NCBI GenBank assembly: GCA_963663805.2
Contig: CAXXMR010000009.1
Location: 288,001 to 352,000, forward strand
Direction: 5' to 3'
DNA: 64,000 nucleotides
From: Sedimentisphaerales bacterium
Lineage (GTDB): Bacteria > Planctomycetota > Phycisphaerae > Sedimentisphaerales > SM23-30
Shown here: piece after piece, positions 39,960 through 50,266 of the stretch
Numbering within the stretch: the stretch's first letter is position 1
How the letters are laid out: each line of letters opens with the position of its first letter
Notes under the pieces: generated by a model
Databases searched by the model: none
What the model was told of the DNA's origin: nothing
Seen by the model: only the letters and a program-made list of their open reading frames with translations
Program-made: the position numbers and the translations under genes

Positions 39960-41069
39960 ATGCTAAAAAAAACGATACTTTCTTTAGTCACAGTACTTGT
40001 TTCAATTTCAGGGTGCCAAAAGCCGGTTTTTGTACCAGAAAACGAGGTTGTATCGAATCCCTATATCGTAAATACCCCGATCGAGTCTCGCTCTATCAGT
40101 TTTGAGAATCCCACCGGCGCAAAAGGCAAGGGCGGGATGGCTGCCAGTAAGATCGGCGTTGGTCGCAAGGGGTCGGCTTTGCGAAGTATTAACCCCGGCC
40201 AGACCATTACTCTCTGTGACATTAAAGGCCCTGGTGTCATCAGGCATATGTGGGCGACTCTGCCCGCCCAGCCCGAAAATCTGCTCGGTTTTGTCATTCG
40301 CGGCTATTGGGATGGCCAGGAAACACCTTCGGTCGAAGTTCCCATCGGCAATTTCTTTGGTTGTGCCAACGGTTATGTCAGAGCATATCAGTCCGCGGTC
40401 CACTCAACAACCGACACTGCCGGCATGTCGATTTATCTGCCCATGCCTTTCACCAAGAGTGCCAGATTTACTATCACCCACGAAGGCACTGAAAAATTCG
40501 TACCCTTCTATTATCAGATTGATTACACCATCAATGAAACCATACCGGAAGATGCCGGCAGGCTTCATGTGGCCTGGCGGCGTGAAAATCCGACCACGCT
40601 GGGTGAGGATTTTACCATTTTGCCCAAACGCAACGGTATGGGTAGATTTATAGGCTGTGTGATAGGTGTTAATAATGTTGACAAGAAGTGGTGGGGCGAG
40701 GGTGAATTCAAGGCCTATATCGACGGTGACCAGGAATTTCCCACGATTTGTGGAACGGGAACGGAGGATTATATAGGCCAAGCCTGGGGGTTCCACGAAA
40801 ACGCCTTCCTCTACGGCGGCGTTGCTTTGAAGAAAGACTGGCTCTGGACGCTCTATCGCTGGCATTTGCAGGATCCGATTTACTGGAAAAAAGACTTCCG
40901 CGTCACCCTCCAGCAAATCGGTGCAGGCGACGAAGGTGGCGGTGGATATTACAACAAACAGGAAGACGTCAACGCCACCGCTTTCTGGTACGAACCCATC
41001 CCCAGCGCCCCGCTCCAAAAACTCGCCGACTATAAAGAACGAATAGCCCCCGGATACCAAATCAAATAG
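39960..41069 (+). CDS. DUF2961 / GH172 glycoside hydrolase, lipoprotein
   Basis: Lipobox ISGC; SISFENPTG, GPGVIRHMW, MPF, WWGEGE, GTGTEDY and YRWH..DPI motifs. Confidence 0.88.
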   Translation: MLKKTILSLVTVLVSISGCQKPVFVPENEVVSNPYIVNTPIESRSISFENPTGAKGKGGMAASKIGVGRKGSALRSINPGQTITLCDIKGPGVIRHMWATLPAQPENLLGFVIRGYWDGQETPSVEVPIGNFFGCANGYVRAYQSAVHSTTDTAGMSIYLPMPFTKSARFTITHEGTEKFVPFYYQIDYTINETIPEDAGRLHVAWRRENPTTLGEDFTILPKRNGMGRFIGCVIGVNNVDKKWWGEGEFKAYIDGDQEFPTICGTGTEDYIGQAWGFHENAFLYGGVALKKDWLWTLYRWHLQDPIYWKKDFRVTLQQIGAGDEGGGGYYNKQEDVNATAFWYEPIPSAPLQKLADYKERIAPGYQIK

Positions 41070-41123
41070 TTTTTTCAGGCTCGGCCATACGCGGAAATCG
41101 GTATTATGATGATTATTTGCCTA

Positions 41124-42080
41124 TTACGGGATCGAAGTAGCCGATGATTTTCTTGATTTATGGTCAGGGGGTAATTTTGATTCCATTATGGTTTGCTTGA
41201 GGTTGGCGGGCAATTGGGGGGTTGCTCCGGGACAGGAAGCGACGTAGGCACCGACCTGATTGGCGGCAATGGCGATGGTCTCCAGGGTGGCATTTTGAAT
41301 ATACAAATGGGCCATCGTAGCAGTGAAGGCATCGCCTGCGCCTATAGCGTCCTGCACCGAAACCGGAAATCCGGGATGTTCCACCAGTTCATCTCTGCTG
41401 CACAAAACACAACCATTACTTGCCCTGGTAACGCATAACAGCTTCAAATTAAACTTATCCATAATGCCGTGCAGACGGTCTTTGAAGTTTTTATACGGCA
41501 AGTTGGTTATCTCAGCGATAATAGGGAATTCCTCGTGGTTTAGCTTGAGAATGTCCGCGGCAAATAGTGAGTTGTGAATAGTTTCGTCGGTGTAATACTG
41601 CTGGCGGAGATTGATGTCGCACAACGCGACAGCATCCGCTGCCCGGTGGTCTAGCAAATCGAGAATGGTTTTACGTGAGACCGCCGAACGCTGGGCCAGC
41701 GAACCATAACAGATTACCCGTGCGTGGTTAAACAAATCAATGAGAGGCTGATTGAGTTCCAGAAAATCCCAGGCGGCGTGTTCATGGACTACGTAAGCAG
41801 GCTGGCCATTTTCGTCAACTTCTACGGTTACAGTGCCGGTTGGATGTTGCGAATCAATTTGCAGGAAATCATCGTCGAGCGAGATAGCCTTGAGGTTTGA
41901 TCTTATTTCCCGTCCCAAAGAGTCAGCGCCTATTCGGGAGACTATGGCAGCGGGATTGCCGAACTGGTGGCTGTGGAAGGCGAAGTTAGCGGGTGCGCCG
42001 CCCAGCATTTTGGCGGCGGGAAGCACGTCCCACAGTATCTCGCCCAAACCAATAAAATATCCTTGTTGTTCAATCGTCAT
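41124..42080 (-). CDS. PfkB-family carbohydrate kinase (fructokinase-like)
   Basis: GEILWD, GGAPANF, DINLR and DAIGAGDAF motifs. Confidence 0.9.
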   Translation of the reverse strand: MTIEQQGYFIGLGEILWDVLPAAKMLGGAPANFAFHSHQFGNPAAIVSRIGADSLGREIRSNLKAISLDDDFLQIDSQHPTGTVTVEVDENGQPAYVVHEHAAWDFLELNQPLIDLFNHARVICYGSLAQRSAVSRKTILDLLDHRAADAVALCDINLRQQYYTDETIHNSLFAADILKLNHEEFPIIAEITNLPYKNFKDRLHGIMDKFNLKLLCVTRASNGCVLCSRDELVEHPGFPVSVQDAIGAGDAFTATMAHLYIQNATLETIAIAANQVGAYVASCPGATPQLPANLKQTIMESKLPPDHKSRKSSATSIP

Positions 42081-42083
42081 AAA

Positions 42084-43442
42084 TCACCGAGCTTTCGCCT
42101 TGAATTTCCAACCGCGTTTTTTGAGCATATCTAACAGTACGGCGGCGAGAATTACCAGGCCGAGAACAACTTTCTGGGTGTAACTTTCCACGCCGGTCAG
42201 GTTCATGCCGTTCTGGATGACGGCGATAATAAAAGCCCCGATGAGTGTGCCGAGAATTTTACCTTCGCCGCCGGAGAGGCTGGTGCCGCCTACCACTACC
42301 GCGGCAATAACGTACAGCTCGTACATTAAACCGTAAGTTGGTGCACCGCTTTTGAGCTGCGAAACCTGTACGATACCGCCCAAGCCCGCCAGTGCCCCAC
42401 AAACCGCATAGACGAATACTAAAATACTTTTAACCGGTACACCGGAAAGACGGGCGGCTTCCTGATTGCCGCCGACAGCGTAGATGTATCTGCCCAGGGC
42501 CATTCGGGTCATCAGGACATAAGCGGCGGCATAAATAATCAGCATCAGCACAATTGTGTTGGGGATGCCCAGGTCGCTGCCGCGTCCGAGCCAGATGAGC
42601 GAATTGGGCACCTGATAAATTGACTGTCCCTGGGCGAGTATAAATGCCAGTCCGCTGGCGACCATCATCATCGCCAGGGTTACAATAAAAGGCGGAATCA
42701 GAAAATGCGTGACCATCAGTCCGGAAAACACACCTATCAATCCGCAGGCGAGTATCGCGGCCAGGCAACACAGCACCATGCCAACGGAGGAAGCGTTTTC
42801 GGCTCCGGCAAATTCGCGGATAAGATAAGTCGAAACCACGGCTGATAAGGCGATAAGGCTGCCGACGGACAAATCTATGCCGCCGGTAATAATGACCATG
42901 GTCATGCCTACCGCGATGATTGCGATAACGATGATGCGGTCGGCGACGGCCATTAGGTTTGACTTTTTGAGGAAGTCGGGCCACATGTAATTTTGAGGGG
43001 ATATCAGTTGAGTCTCGGCAAACTCGGCGTAACGGGAGTTAAGCTCTCTGACAAAAGGTAAACTGGCAATCTCCTGCGTTGCGACAGCGACATCCAACTG
43101 AACCTTATTTTCGGCAAGTTCGTCCAGGCCGGTGCGTAAATCACTGGGGGACCCGGCAAGGACATGCACATTTGGGTAACCAGCTTTGTCAAGGCGGGTC
43201 GATAGCGTCTCTTTAAATATAAACGCCTGGTCACCGGAACCAGCCAGAATTAGAATAGCGTTGTTTTTAGTGCAGTTGGTGGAAATTTTACGGAAAATCT
43301 CACGGGCGGCTTCCGGGCCGGAAGGGTGCTGTTTGTTCAGGGTGATGAAACTGAAGAATACGCAAAGGGCCGCGAGGATGAGCAGCATCCCATAATCAGA
43401 AAAAAATCTGGTCCAGCGTTTTTTTAACTTGGCAAAATCCAA
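42084..43442 (-). CDS. Sugar ABC permease (RbsC-like) with inserted soluble domain
   Basis: GGIDLSVGS, GGNQEAARLSG and YELYVIAAVVVGG motifs; ~115-aa insertion after TM1. Confidence 0.9.
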   Translation of the reverse strand: MDFAKLKKRWTRFFSDYGMLLILAALCVFFSFITLNKQHPSGPEAAREIFRKISTNCTKNNAILILAGSGDQAFIFKETLSTRLDKAGYPNVHVLAGSPSDLRTGLDELAENKVQLDVAVATQEIASLPFVRELNSRYAEFAETQLISPQNYMWPDFLKKSNLMAVADRIIVIAIIAVGMTMVIITGGIDLSVGSLIALSAVVSTYLIREFAGAENASSVGMVLCCLAAILACGLIGVFSGLMVTHFLIPPFIVTLAMMMVASGLAFILAQGQSIYQVPNSLIWLGRGSDLGIPNTIVLMLIIYAAAYVLMTRMALGRYIYAVGGNQEAARLSGVPVKSILVFVYAVCGALAGLGGIVQVSQLKSGAPTYGLMYELYVIAAVVVGGTSLSGGEGKILGTLIGAFIIAVIQNGMNLTGVESYTQKVVLGLVILAAVLLDMLKKRGWKFKAKAR

Positions 43443-43462
43443 ACTCTAACCTTTCAAACTTA

Positions 43463-44962
43463 TCAGGCAATCGCCAGCTTCATAATGTCTTGCTGGGTGG
43501 CTGAATCAACGTCGGTAATCTCGCCGGTAATCCGGCCTTCGTGCATGACCAGCACGCGGTCACTCATGCCGAGTACTTCGGGCAGCTCTGAGCTTATCAT
43601 CAGAATAGCCTTGCCGCGGCTGGCTAGTTCGTTCATTAGAAGATATATCTCATATTTCGCTCCGACATCTATGCCGCGGGTAGGTTCATCAAAAATAATT
43701 ATATCCGAATTTCGCTCCAGCCATTTGGCCAGCACAACCTTCTGCTGATTGCCGCCGGAGAGGTTCATGGCTAACTCGTCCTGGTCGGGAATTTTTATTC
43801 GCAAGGCATTTACATAATGGGTAAATCGCTGCTGCTCTTTTTGCGTCTTAACGAACCCCACTCCAGATAATTCCGGCAGATTGGGCAAGGCGAAATTGTG
43901 TTTAACCGAATGATTGAGCACCAACCCTTCGGCTTTGCGGTCTTCGGTTAATAAACAGATACCATTGCCGATGGCGTCGGCGGGCGATTTAATCTCTACG
44001 GCCCTGCCGTCCAGCTCGACCCAGCCGGAATCCATACGGTCAGCTCCAAATATCAAACGGGCAACTTCGGTTCGGCCTGAACCCACCAGGCCGGTCAGGG
44101 CCAGCACCTCTCCGCCGCGCAACTCAAAGGAGACATCCTTAACCGCCGCTGAGCGGTTAAGATTATGCACTTGCAGGCGTACGGGTCCAAGTTTACTTTT
44201 CTGCTTGGGGAACTCATTTTCGATTTTTCGGCCCACCATTAGCTCGATAAGTTCGTTGCGGGTTAGTTCGTTGGCGTTTCGCAGCGCGACCCGACTACCG
44301 TCCCGCATTACCATAATCCGGTCGGCAATTTCAAATATTTCGTCCAGGCGGTGACTGATGTAAATGACACCAATACCCTGACTTTTTAGCTCACGAATGA
44401 TTTTAAAAAGTTTTTCGACTTCCTGGTCGGTTAGTGTTGCCGAAGGTTCATCCATTACGATGATCTCGGCATTTGTGGACAGAGCCTTGGCGATTTCGAC
44501 AATCTGCTGCTGAGCTACGGTGAGCTCGCCACACAATGCTTCCGGGTCGATCTCGACGCCTACCCGCTCGAACAACTTAACAGCTTGTTGATATTCATCG
44601 CGTTTTTTTACGAATCCGCCGCTGGTGTTTTCACGGCCTAGAAAGATATTTTCCCGTGCCGTCAATGAAGGTATAAGATTGAATTCCTGATAAATCACCG
44701 CTACGCCAGCCTTTTGAGCTGCGACCGGTTCCGAGATGGACACAGATTTTTGGTGAATCTTTATTGTACCGGAATCGGGCAGATAGGCACCGCTGAGTAC
44801 CTTAATGAGGGTGCTTTTGCCGGCGCCGTTTTCTCCGAGCAGGGCCAATACCTCGCCTGCCTGCAAGTCCAGAGCGACGTTTCGCAGAGCGTACACGCCG
44901 GGAAAAGATTTCTCAATCCCGCTCATCTCCAGCAATATGTTACTACTATCTAACTGATTCAT
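43463..44962 (-). CDS. Sugar ABC ATP-binding protein (RbsA-like)
   Basis: GENGAGKST, LSGGNQQK and DEPTRGIDVGAK motifs. Confidence 0.95.
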   Translation of the reverse strand: MNQLDSSNILLEMSGIEKSFPGVYALRNVALDLQAGEVLALLGENGAGKSTLIKVLSGAYLPDSGTIKIHQKSVSISEPVAAQKAGVAVIYQEFNLIPSLTARENIFLGRENTSGGFVKKRDEYQQAVKLFERVGVEIDPEALCGELTVAQQQIVEIAKALSTNAEIIVMDEPSATLTDQEVEKLFKIIRELKSQGIGVIYISHRLDEIFEIADRIMVMRDGSRVALRNANELTRNELIELMVGRKIENEFPKQKSKLGPVRLQVHNLNRSAAVKDVSFELRGGEVLALTGLVGSGRTEVARLIFGADRMDSGWVELDGRAVEIKSPADAIGNGICLLTEDRKAEGLVLNHSVKHNFALPNLPELSGVGFVKTQKEQQRFTHYVNALRIKIPDQDELAMNLSGGNQQKVVLAKWLERNSDIIIFDEPTRGIDVGAKYEIYLLMNELASRGKAILMISSELPEVLGMSDRVLVMHEGRITGEITDVDSATQQDIMKLAIA

Positions 44963-44970
44963 TAAAACGT

Positions 44971-45948
44971 CTATTTTTCCTGAAACAGTGGGTCTTTTCG
45001 GGCGTCGGCCTGATAATACAGCGCGGTTGGTATCAGAACTTCGGGGGCGACCTTCTCGCCGTCAAAATACTTCATTATCGTTTGGACGGTTACCTGGCCG
45101 ATTTTGTCGGGGAACTGGACGGGGTCGGCGTAAATCTTGCCTTCGAGGATGGCTTTTTTGCCTTCGGGCTGGCCGTCGAAACCTACGACTATCACTTCTT
45201 TGGTCTTTTTGGCGATTTCCAGGGCGGCATAGGCGCCCAATGCGGTCGGGTCGTTAATCGCAAAAACACCATCCAGTTCCTGATGGGCCTGGATAACATC
45301 CTGAGCTACTTTGAAACTTTCATCCTTGGAACCCTTGCCGGGCCAGGAGCCGACAATTTCTATTTTTGAGCCGGCTTCTTTCAGTTCATCGCGAAAGCCT
45401 TTTGTTCGCAGAATGACTGATTCAACTTCGGGATGGTCGATTATCGCGACTTTGCCCTTGTCGTCCAAAGCCTCCATCATAGCCTTGCCGGCCATGCGAC
45501 CGCCGATATAATTATCGGTGGCGATATGACAGACGACCTGGGCACCTTCGGCGAGGCAGGCAATGTCGGCGGTAAAAACCGGTATGCCGGCCTGATTGGC
45601 TTCTTTGATGGCGGTGCCGACTGATTTGGAATCGCAGGGGGTGAGGACTATCGCATTTACTTTCTGGACGATGAATTCCTTGACCTGGTCACGTTGTTTA
45701 GCAGGGTTGTTTTCGCCGCTGAGAACAATAACGTCGTAGCCGTGTTTATCGGCTTCGTCGGTTATGTTGTCGGCGATTTCTTTGAAAAATGGGTTCGTCA
45801 GAGTCAAAAGCGAGACCCCGATAACACCTTTGGAGGCCTGCACGTCAGCATCACCGTTCTGGGGTTCTTCTTTGGCACATCCGCTAAATGACAGCAAGAG
45901 GCATACCGCCAGCAGAAAACTAAATATCCATTTAACATTTGATTTCAT
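44971..45948 (-). CDS. Sugar ABC substrate-binding lipoprotein (RbsB-like)
   Basis: Lipobox FSGC; NPFF, TDNY.GG, FAIND and VGFDG motifs. Confidence 0.92.
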   Translation of the reverse strand: MKSNVKWIFSFLLAVCLLLSFSGCAKEEPQNGDADVQASKGVIGVSLLTLTNPFFKEIADNITDEADKHGYDVIVLSGENNPAKQRDQVKEFIVQKVNAIVLTPCDSKSVGTAIKEANQAGIPVFTADIACLAEGAQVVCHIATDNYIGGRMAGKAMMEALDDKGKVAIIDHPEVESVILRTKGFRDELKEAGSKIEIVGSWPGKGSKDESFKVAQDVIQAHQELDGVFAINDPTALGAYAALEIAKKTKEVIVVGFDGQPEGKKAILEGKIYADPVQFPDKIGQVTVQTIMKYFDGEKVAPEVLIPTALYYQADARKDPLFQEK

Positions 45949-45968
45949 GACAACTCCTTCAACTTGAC

Positions 45969-48416
45969 TTATTCCCAGATTGATTTTAGCTCATGCACGG
46001 CCAGTGAACCAACCTTGACACTGCCGCCGGCGGCTTGAACCGCGAGAGAGCGGTTTGTCTCTTCCGGGAAAGCACCGAAAGGCATATACAGCCAGCCGTC
46101 ATTGGCATATATTTCTAATGAAGTCCGGTCCATAAGCATACGCAAAGTAATCGCACCGTTCACCACCGGCAGGGTCGCGGATTTACCCAGACAGCTCAGC
46201 GTGGCCTCAGCGACATTATATTTAACCTCGATACCGCGCAAATCGAACACTACTTCCGAGCAGTTTATATCGCTCAGATTGGCTTTAATATCAAATAAAT
46301 CACCTTCAATACCGTTTGCCAGATTCGCGGAACTGTCAGAAATAACCTCATTAGTCCACAAATGCGACTGGGCGTATAAAGAGGCAATCTCCTCAATTGG
46401 ATTAACATACAGACGCATGTTACCGTCAGATTCACGCAAAGTCAAATCTACCGGAAAAAGCATCATCTGATTAAAGGGCATACCGGTCATCACAATCGCC
46501 TTGCCCCAGGCAATCTGAATCCTGCGACCGTCGGCGGCGGGAATGCCATTGAAGGTCTGCGAAGCGTAGTAATTTTTACCGTAATGGAAACGAATTTCGT
46601 CGGTTTCGGGCGAAAAGGTGCTGCCGTCAAAGTCACCCACCATATAATTACCGTTGCCGCCGTAAAGCAACCATTTGGTATGGGCGGGGTTGCCGTTGAG
46701 CGACATTTCGAAGAACTCGGGGCATTCGTAAAATGACTCAATCTTGCTCTTATACTCCCAGTTTTTCAAATCCGGCGAGGTGAAAAATCCCATTTCATTG
46801 TTATCCAGATACAGCACCATTACCCATTTGCCGGTCGGTTCGTGCCAGAATACTTTCGGGTCACGATTATTACCGGTGACATGGCCCAGGACCGGATTAT
46901 TTTCGTAAATTTCCCAAGTACGTCCACGATCATTGCTATAGGCCAGTGACTGTGTACGCAAGCCACCTTTCGACCAGATATTTCTATCGGCAGCAGAAGT
47001 ATAAACAGCAACAATGGGCTTTTCACTGCCGGTCTGGAAACCGGTGGTGTTATTTTCATCCACCACGGCTGAGCCGGAATAAACCGTCCCCAGATGGTCG
47101 GGATGAATAGCATCTCCCAATTCCTCCCAGTGCATCAAGTCGGTACTTACGGCATGACCCCAGGTCATATTGCCCCAGCGCCAGCCATAAGGATTGTGCT
47201 GCCAGAAAACATGATACTCGCCGTCATAATAGACCGTACCGTTGACATCGTTGTTCCAGCCGCGTTTGGTAGTCAGATGAAACTGGGGACGAAGCTGTTC
47301 CTTATAAACCTCATTCTCGCCCGGAAAAGTATTGGCTTGAAATACCGCCGCAATAGCGTCACGAGCCTTGCCCGCTACACAACATCCTTCCCGCTCGACC
47401 GCGCCATCAGTCCACAACTGTAAATCCATCCCCTCGAATTCACTGACGTCCAGATAAACCCAGAAATCAGGATTGTCAGGCTCAAGCTCGATATCAAACT
47501 CCCGAATCTTTTTGCCCTCGGCGAAAATATTGATTACCTGCTTGGCGTTGTCGGTCTTGACGGGAAAGTTCAGATATTTCTTGTTAATATGGAACTGACG
47601 GCTTTTGCCAATCAGGTAATTGACATCGATATTCAGTGTCTCTGATTGCTGAATCATATCCATACCGCCGCGTTCGTTCACAGGTTTGACCAGACGCAGG
47701 GTAATATCCATGTCTTTCATGCAACTGACATCAATCGCAGTCCACGTATCAACGGCGGTATTGGCAAAATCCAGATTAACACTGTAAATCACGCCCTTTT
47801 CGCCCAGAAGCTGCATTTCAAGTTCAGTGCAACTGTTCTGCACCGGCAGCAGCAGATAATCATTACTAATCCGAATCGTCCGGGTCTGTTCATAAACCAT
47901 AATAGCCTGCTCATCACTCTGGTAAATATGGTCAACATTAATATGCCCCCAACCGCTGGTATAATTATCGACAATCTGCAAAACAGCCTGATCGCCCACT
48001 AAATCACTCACATCCCAGTTCACCCAAACCAGGGCTTCATCGTCGATGCCGGTCATAGTGCGTACGACCGCGTCATTGACCAGCAGGTTCATGCAGGTCT
48101 GGCCGGGATGATTGCCTCCGCCTACCAGAAAGTTGATATAATCGCGTTGAATCGTAAAAGCAGGCGAAGTCAAAGTGCCGACAACCTTATCCCCGCTGTA
48201 ATAGGTATTGACCAATCTTTCTCCCAAATAACCGCTTACGGTGCGTTGAGAACCGATAGTGCCCTGGGCGGGACCGGGACCAAAGGCTTCGCCGGTCACG
48301 ACCCAATCACCGTAATCGGCACTCTCAAAATCCTCTATCAGAATATCCGCGGCACCTCTGGCAGATGAAATCATTCCCATTATCAAAACAACAACCGATA
48401 ACAGTCTTGCAGTCAT
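45969..48416 (-). CDS. Secreted GH32 levanase/fructanase-like enzyme
   Basis: Canonical WNNDVNG, WGHAVS, SGSA, RDPKV and ECP motifs; signal peptide; long N-terminal accessory region. Confidence 0.92.
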   Translation of the reverse strand: MTARLLSVVVLIMGMISSARGAADILIEDFESADYGDWVVTGEAFGPGPAQGTIGSQRTVSGYLGERLVNTYYSGDKVVGTLTSPAFTIQRDYINFLVGGGNHPGQTCMNLLVNDAVVRTMTGIDDEALVWVNWDVSDLVGDQAVLQIVDNYTSGWGHINVDHIYQSDEQAIMVYEQTRTIRISNDYLLLPVQNSCTELEMQLLGEKGVIYSVNLDFANTAVDTWTAIDVSCMKDMDITLRLVKPVNERGGMDMIQQSETLNIDVNYLIGKSRQFHINKKYLNFPVKTDNAKQVINIFAEGKKIREFDIELEPDNPDFWVYLDVSEFEGMDLQLWTDGAVEREGCCVAGKARDAIAAVFQANTFPGENEVYKEQLRPQFHLTTKRGWNNDVNGTVYYDGEYHVFWQHNPYGWRWGNMTWGHAVSTDLMHWEELGDAIHPDHLGTVYSGSAVVDENNTTGFQTGSEKPIVAVYTSAADRNIWSKGGLRTQSLAYSNDRGRTWEIYENNPVLGHVTGNNRDPKVFWHEPTGKWVMVLYLDNNEMGFFTSPDLKNWEYKSKIESFYECPEFFEMSLNGNPAHTKWLLYGGNGNYMVGDFDGSTFSPETDEIRFHYGKNYYASQTFNGIPAADGRRIQIAWGKAIVMTGMPFNQMMLFPVDLTLRESDGNMRLYVNPIEEIASLYAQSHLWTNEVISDSSANLANGIEGDLFDIKANLSDINCSEVVFDLRGIEVKYNVAEATLSCLGKSATLPVVNGAITLRMLMDRTSLEIYANDGWLYMPFGAFPEETNRSLAVQAAGGSVKVGSLAVHELKSIWE

Positions 48417-48497
48417 AAGAACTCCATTAAAATTTGAGTAAACTACATTTGGTACTTGTACTGTCTAGTGTTAAAATGTTTAATTTTAACCTATAAA

Positions 48498-50150
48498 TTA
48501 TACCAAAATCCCTTTCATTTGCCAAGCCTGGAGGTTACTGAGAACCGCATCTTCGCTTTGGGCTCGCAGAGAGATGGTTTGGCTGTCGCTGCGGCCGGGA
48601 TATACTCTTATGGCGGCACACTGTTTATCGTTTACGAAAACCTCCACTACGGAGCGGTCCAGGAATACGCGCAGTTTTAAAGGTTCATTATCTGCCAGAG
48701 CAACAGGGGCGTTTTCCGGGGGGCGGCAGCTTACATGCGAGAGAGTCGAAGAACGTGAACTGTCTATCGAGATTATTCCGGGCTGTACCTTTCCTTTCTG
48801 CCGGGGGCTATAGCCGCGACGGGGATAAAATATGATGCGGGTGGTCTCTTCTCCGTTTGGGGAACGAAATACATTCAGCTCGACCGGTTCTGCTCCGCGC
48901 AGCTCGATTTCGGCCTGGATTTCCATGGAGCGGCCCTTGATTTTATCCAACAAAATTTCTTTGTTAGCGGGCAGGGTCATTGAGCCGACTTGCTGATGAT
49001 TATAACGCAGAGATTCGATATTTCCTGCCGGTGTAATTGTCAACTCATCTTTATTTCTCAAGGTCAGTCGCCGGGGCAGGGTCATTAACTGCCGCCAAAC
49101 ACTTGATTTGCCATGGTTCATATTGAAAATTGCTATTACCCCGCCCTTGCCGTCTGGGCAGGCGGAGGGGGCGTGTACGCCACAGGGACTTGCCGCACCA
49201 AAATTAAAATCACCACCGGTGGTTACCACAAACTTGTCACGGTTGGTGTCATAATCGCCGAGCAGATATTTTCCGCCGCTCATATGGCTAAAATGCAGCA
49301 GAATATGCCTGTCGCCGATAGGCCAGAAATAAGGACAAGCCCCATCATCACCCACCAGCGAGTACATATCGTTTTCTACAAACGGATGCAAATATTCCCA
49401 GTTTATCAGGTCTCTCGAACGGAACAGGAAATTTCTGCGAACTCTCTGATTGCCCGGCCCTTCATAAGCGTATCTGCCGGACAGAGAATAATAAAATCCG
49501 CCCTTTTTCCAGATGCAAGGGTCGAAAACCAGATAGGGCAGCGGCGAGCCATCTTTACTTTCCATGGGAATAACCGCACCATCTGACAGTTTATCCCAGT
49601 TGAGCAGTAGCGGGTCATTCGCAACCGCGACCATATTACCCAACTTCGTGCCGTGATACATAGCGATAACGCGGTCCGGCTCGACCAGGGTTGCGCCGGA
49701 ATAACATTTCTCCTCAGGATTTGGATAAATCGCGTAAGGCAAATCACGCCAGTGGATGAGGTCGTCACTGACGGCGTGGCCCCAATGCTGGCGGGTATCT
49801 TCCGGCGGATAGCCCTGATGGAACAAATGCCAGCGTCCCTGCCAGTAGCACAGGCCGTTCGGGTCGTTCAGTTTTCCTTCCGGGCTGGTAAAATGGTAGA
49901 TCGGACGATACGGGTCCTTGGCATATTCTTTTCTCGACGCAGCAAAGCGTTTGAGCAACGGGTTGTCACGAAGCTGTTTTTCCTGTTCTTCCAGCTTGTC
50001 AGAAAAAGTGTATTTTGGTACCGCTGAGGTATAATCAATTTTATTTTCGGTGGCGCCATATCCCTTTCCGCCTGCCAGCAGATAAACCGCCCCTGCCAGA
50101 GAAGCCTGCTTAAGAAAATTGCGACGCGTCGAATTGCAATCCATATTCAT
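48498..50150 (-). CDS. Tat-exported GH32-family protein with non-canonical catalytic motifs
   Basis: TRRNFLK Tat motif; LNDPNG and WGHAVS present; FDP replaces RDP and GACP replaces ECP. Confidence 0.85.
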   Translation of the reverse strand: MNMDCNSTRRNFLKQASLAGAVYLLAGGKGYGATENKIDYTSAVPKYTFSDKLEEQEKQLRDNPLLKRFAASRKEYAKDPYRPIYHFTSPEGKLNDPNGLCYWQGRWHLFHQGYPPEDTRQHWGHAVSDDLIHWRDLPYAIYPNPEEKCYSGATLVEPDRVIAMYHGTKLGNMVAVANDPLLLNWDKLSDGAVIPMESKDGSPLPYLVFDPCIWKKGGFYYSLSGRYAYEGPGNQRVRRNFLFRSRDLINWEYLHPFVENDMYSLVGDDGACPYFWPIGDRHILLHFSHMSGGKYLLGDYDTNRDKFVVTTGGDFNFGAASPCGVHAPSACPDGKGGVIAIFNMNHGKSSVWRQLMTLPRRLTLRNKDELTITPAGNIESLRYNHQQVGSMTLPANKEILLDKIKGRSMEIQAEIELRGAEPVELNVFRSPNGEETTRIIFYPRRGYSPRQKGKVQPGIISIDSSRSSTLSHVSCRPPENAPVALADNEPLKLRVFLDRSVVEVFVNDKQCAAIRVYPGRSDSQTISLRAQSEDAVLSNLQAWQMKGILV

Positions 50151-50266
50151 AACCCTGACCTTTCTGAAATTCAAAACAAATTTTAGTATTAAGGGGTTTC
50201 TAAAAATTTAATGCTTCCATGATAGCATTTTGACAAGAGGACTACCAAACCTATTATCCACTGATA

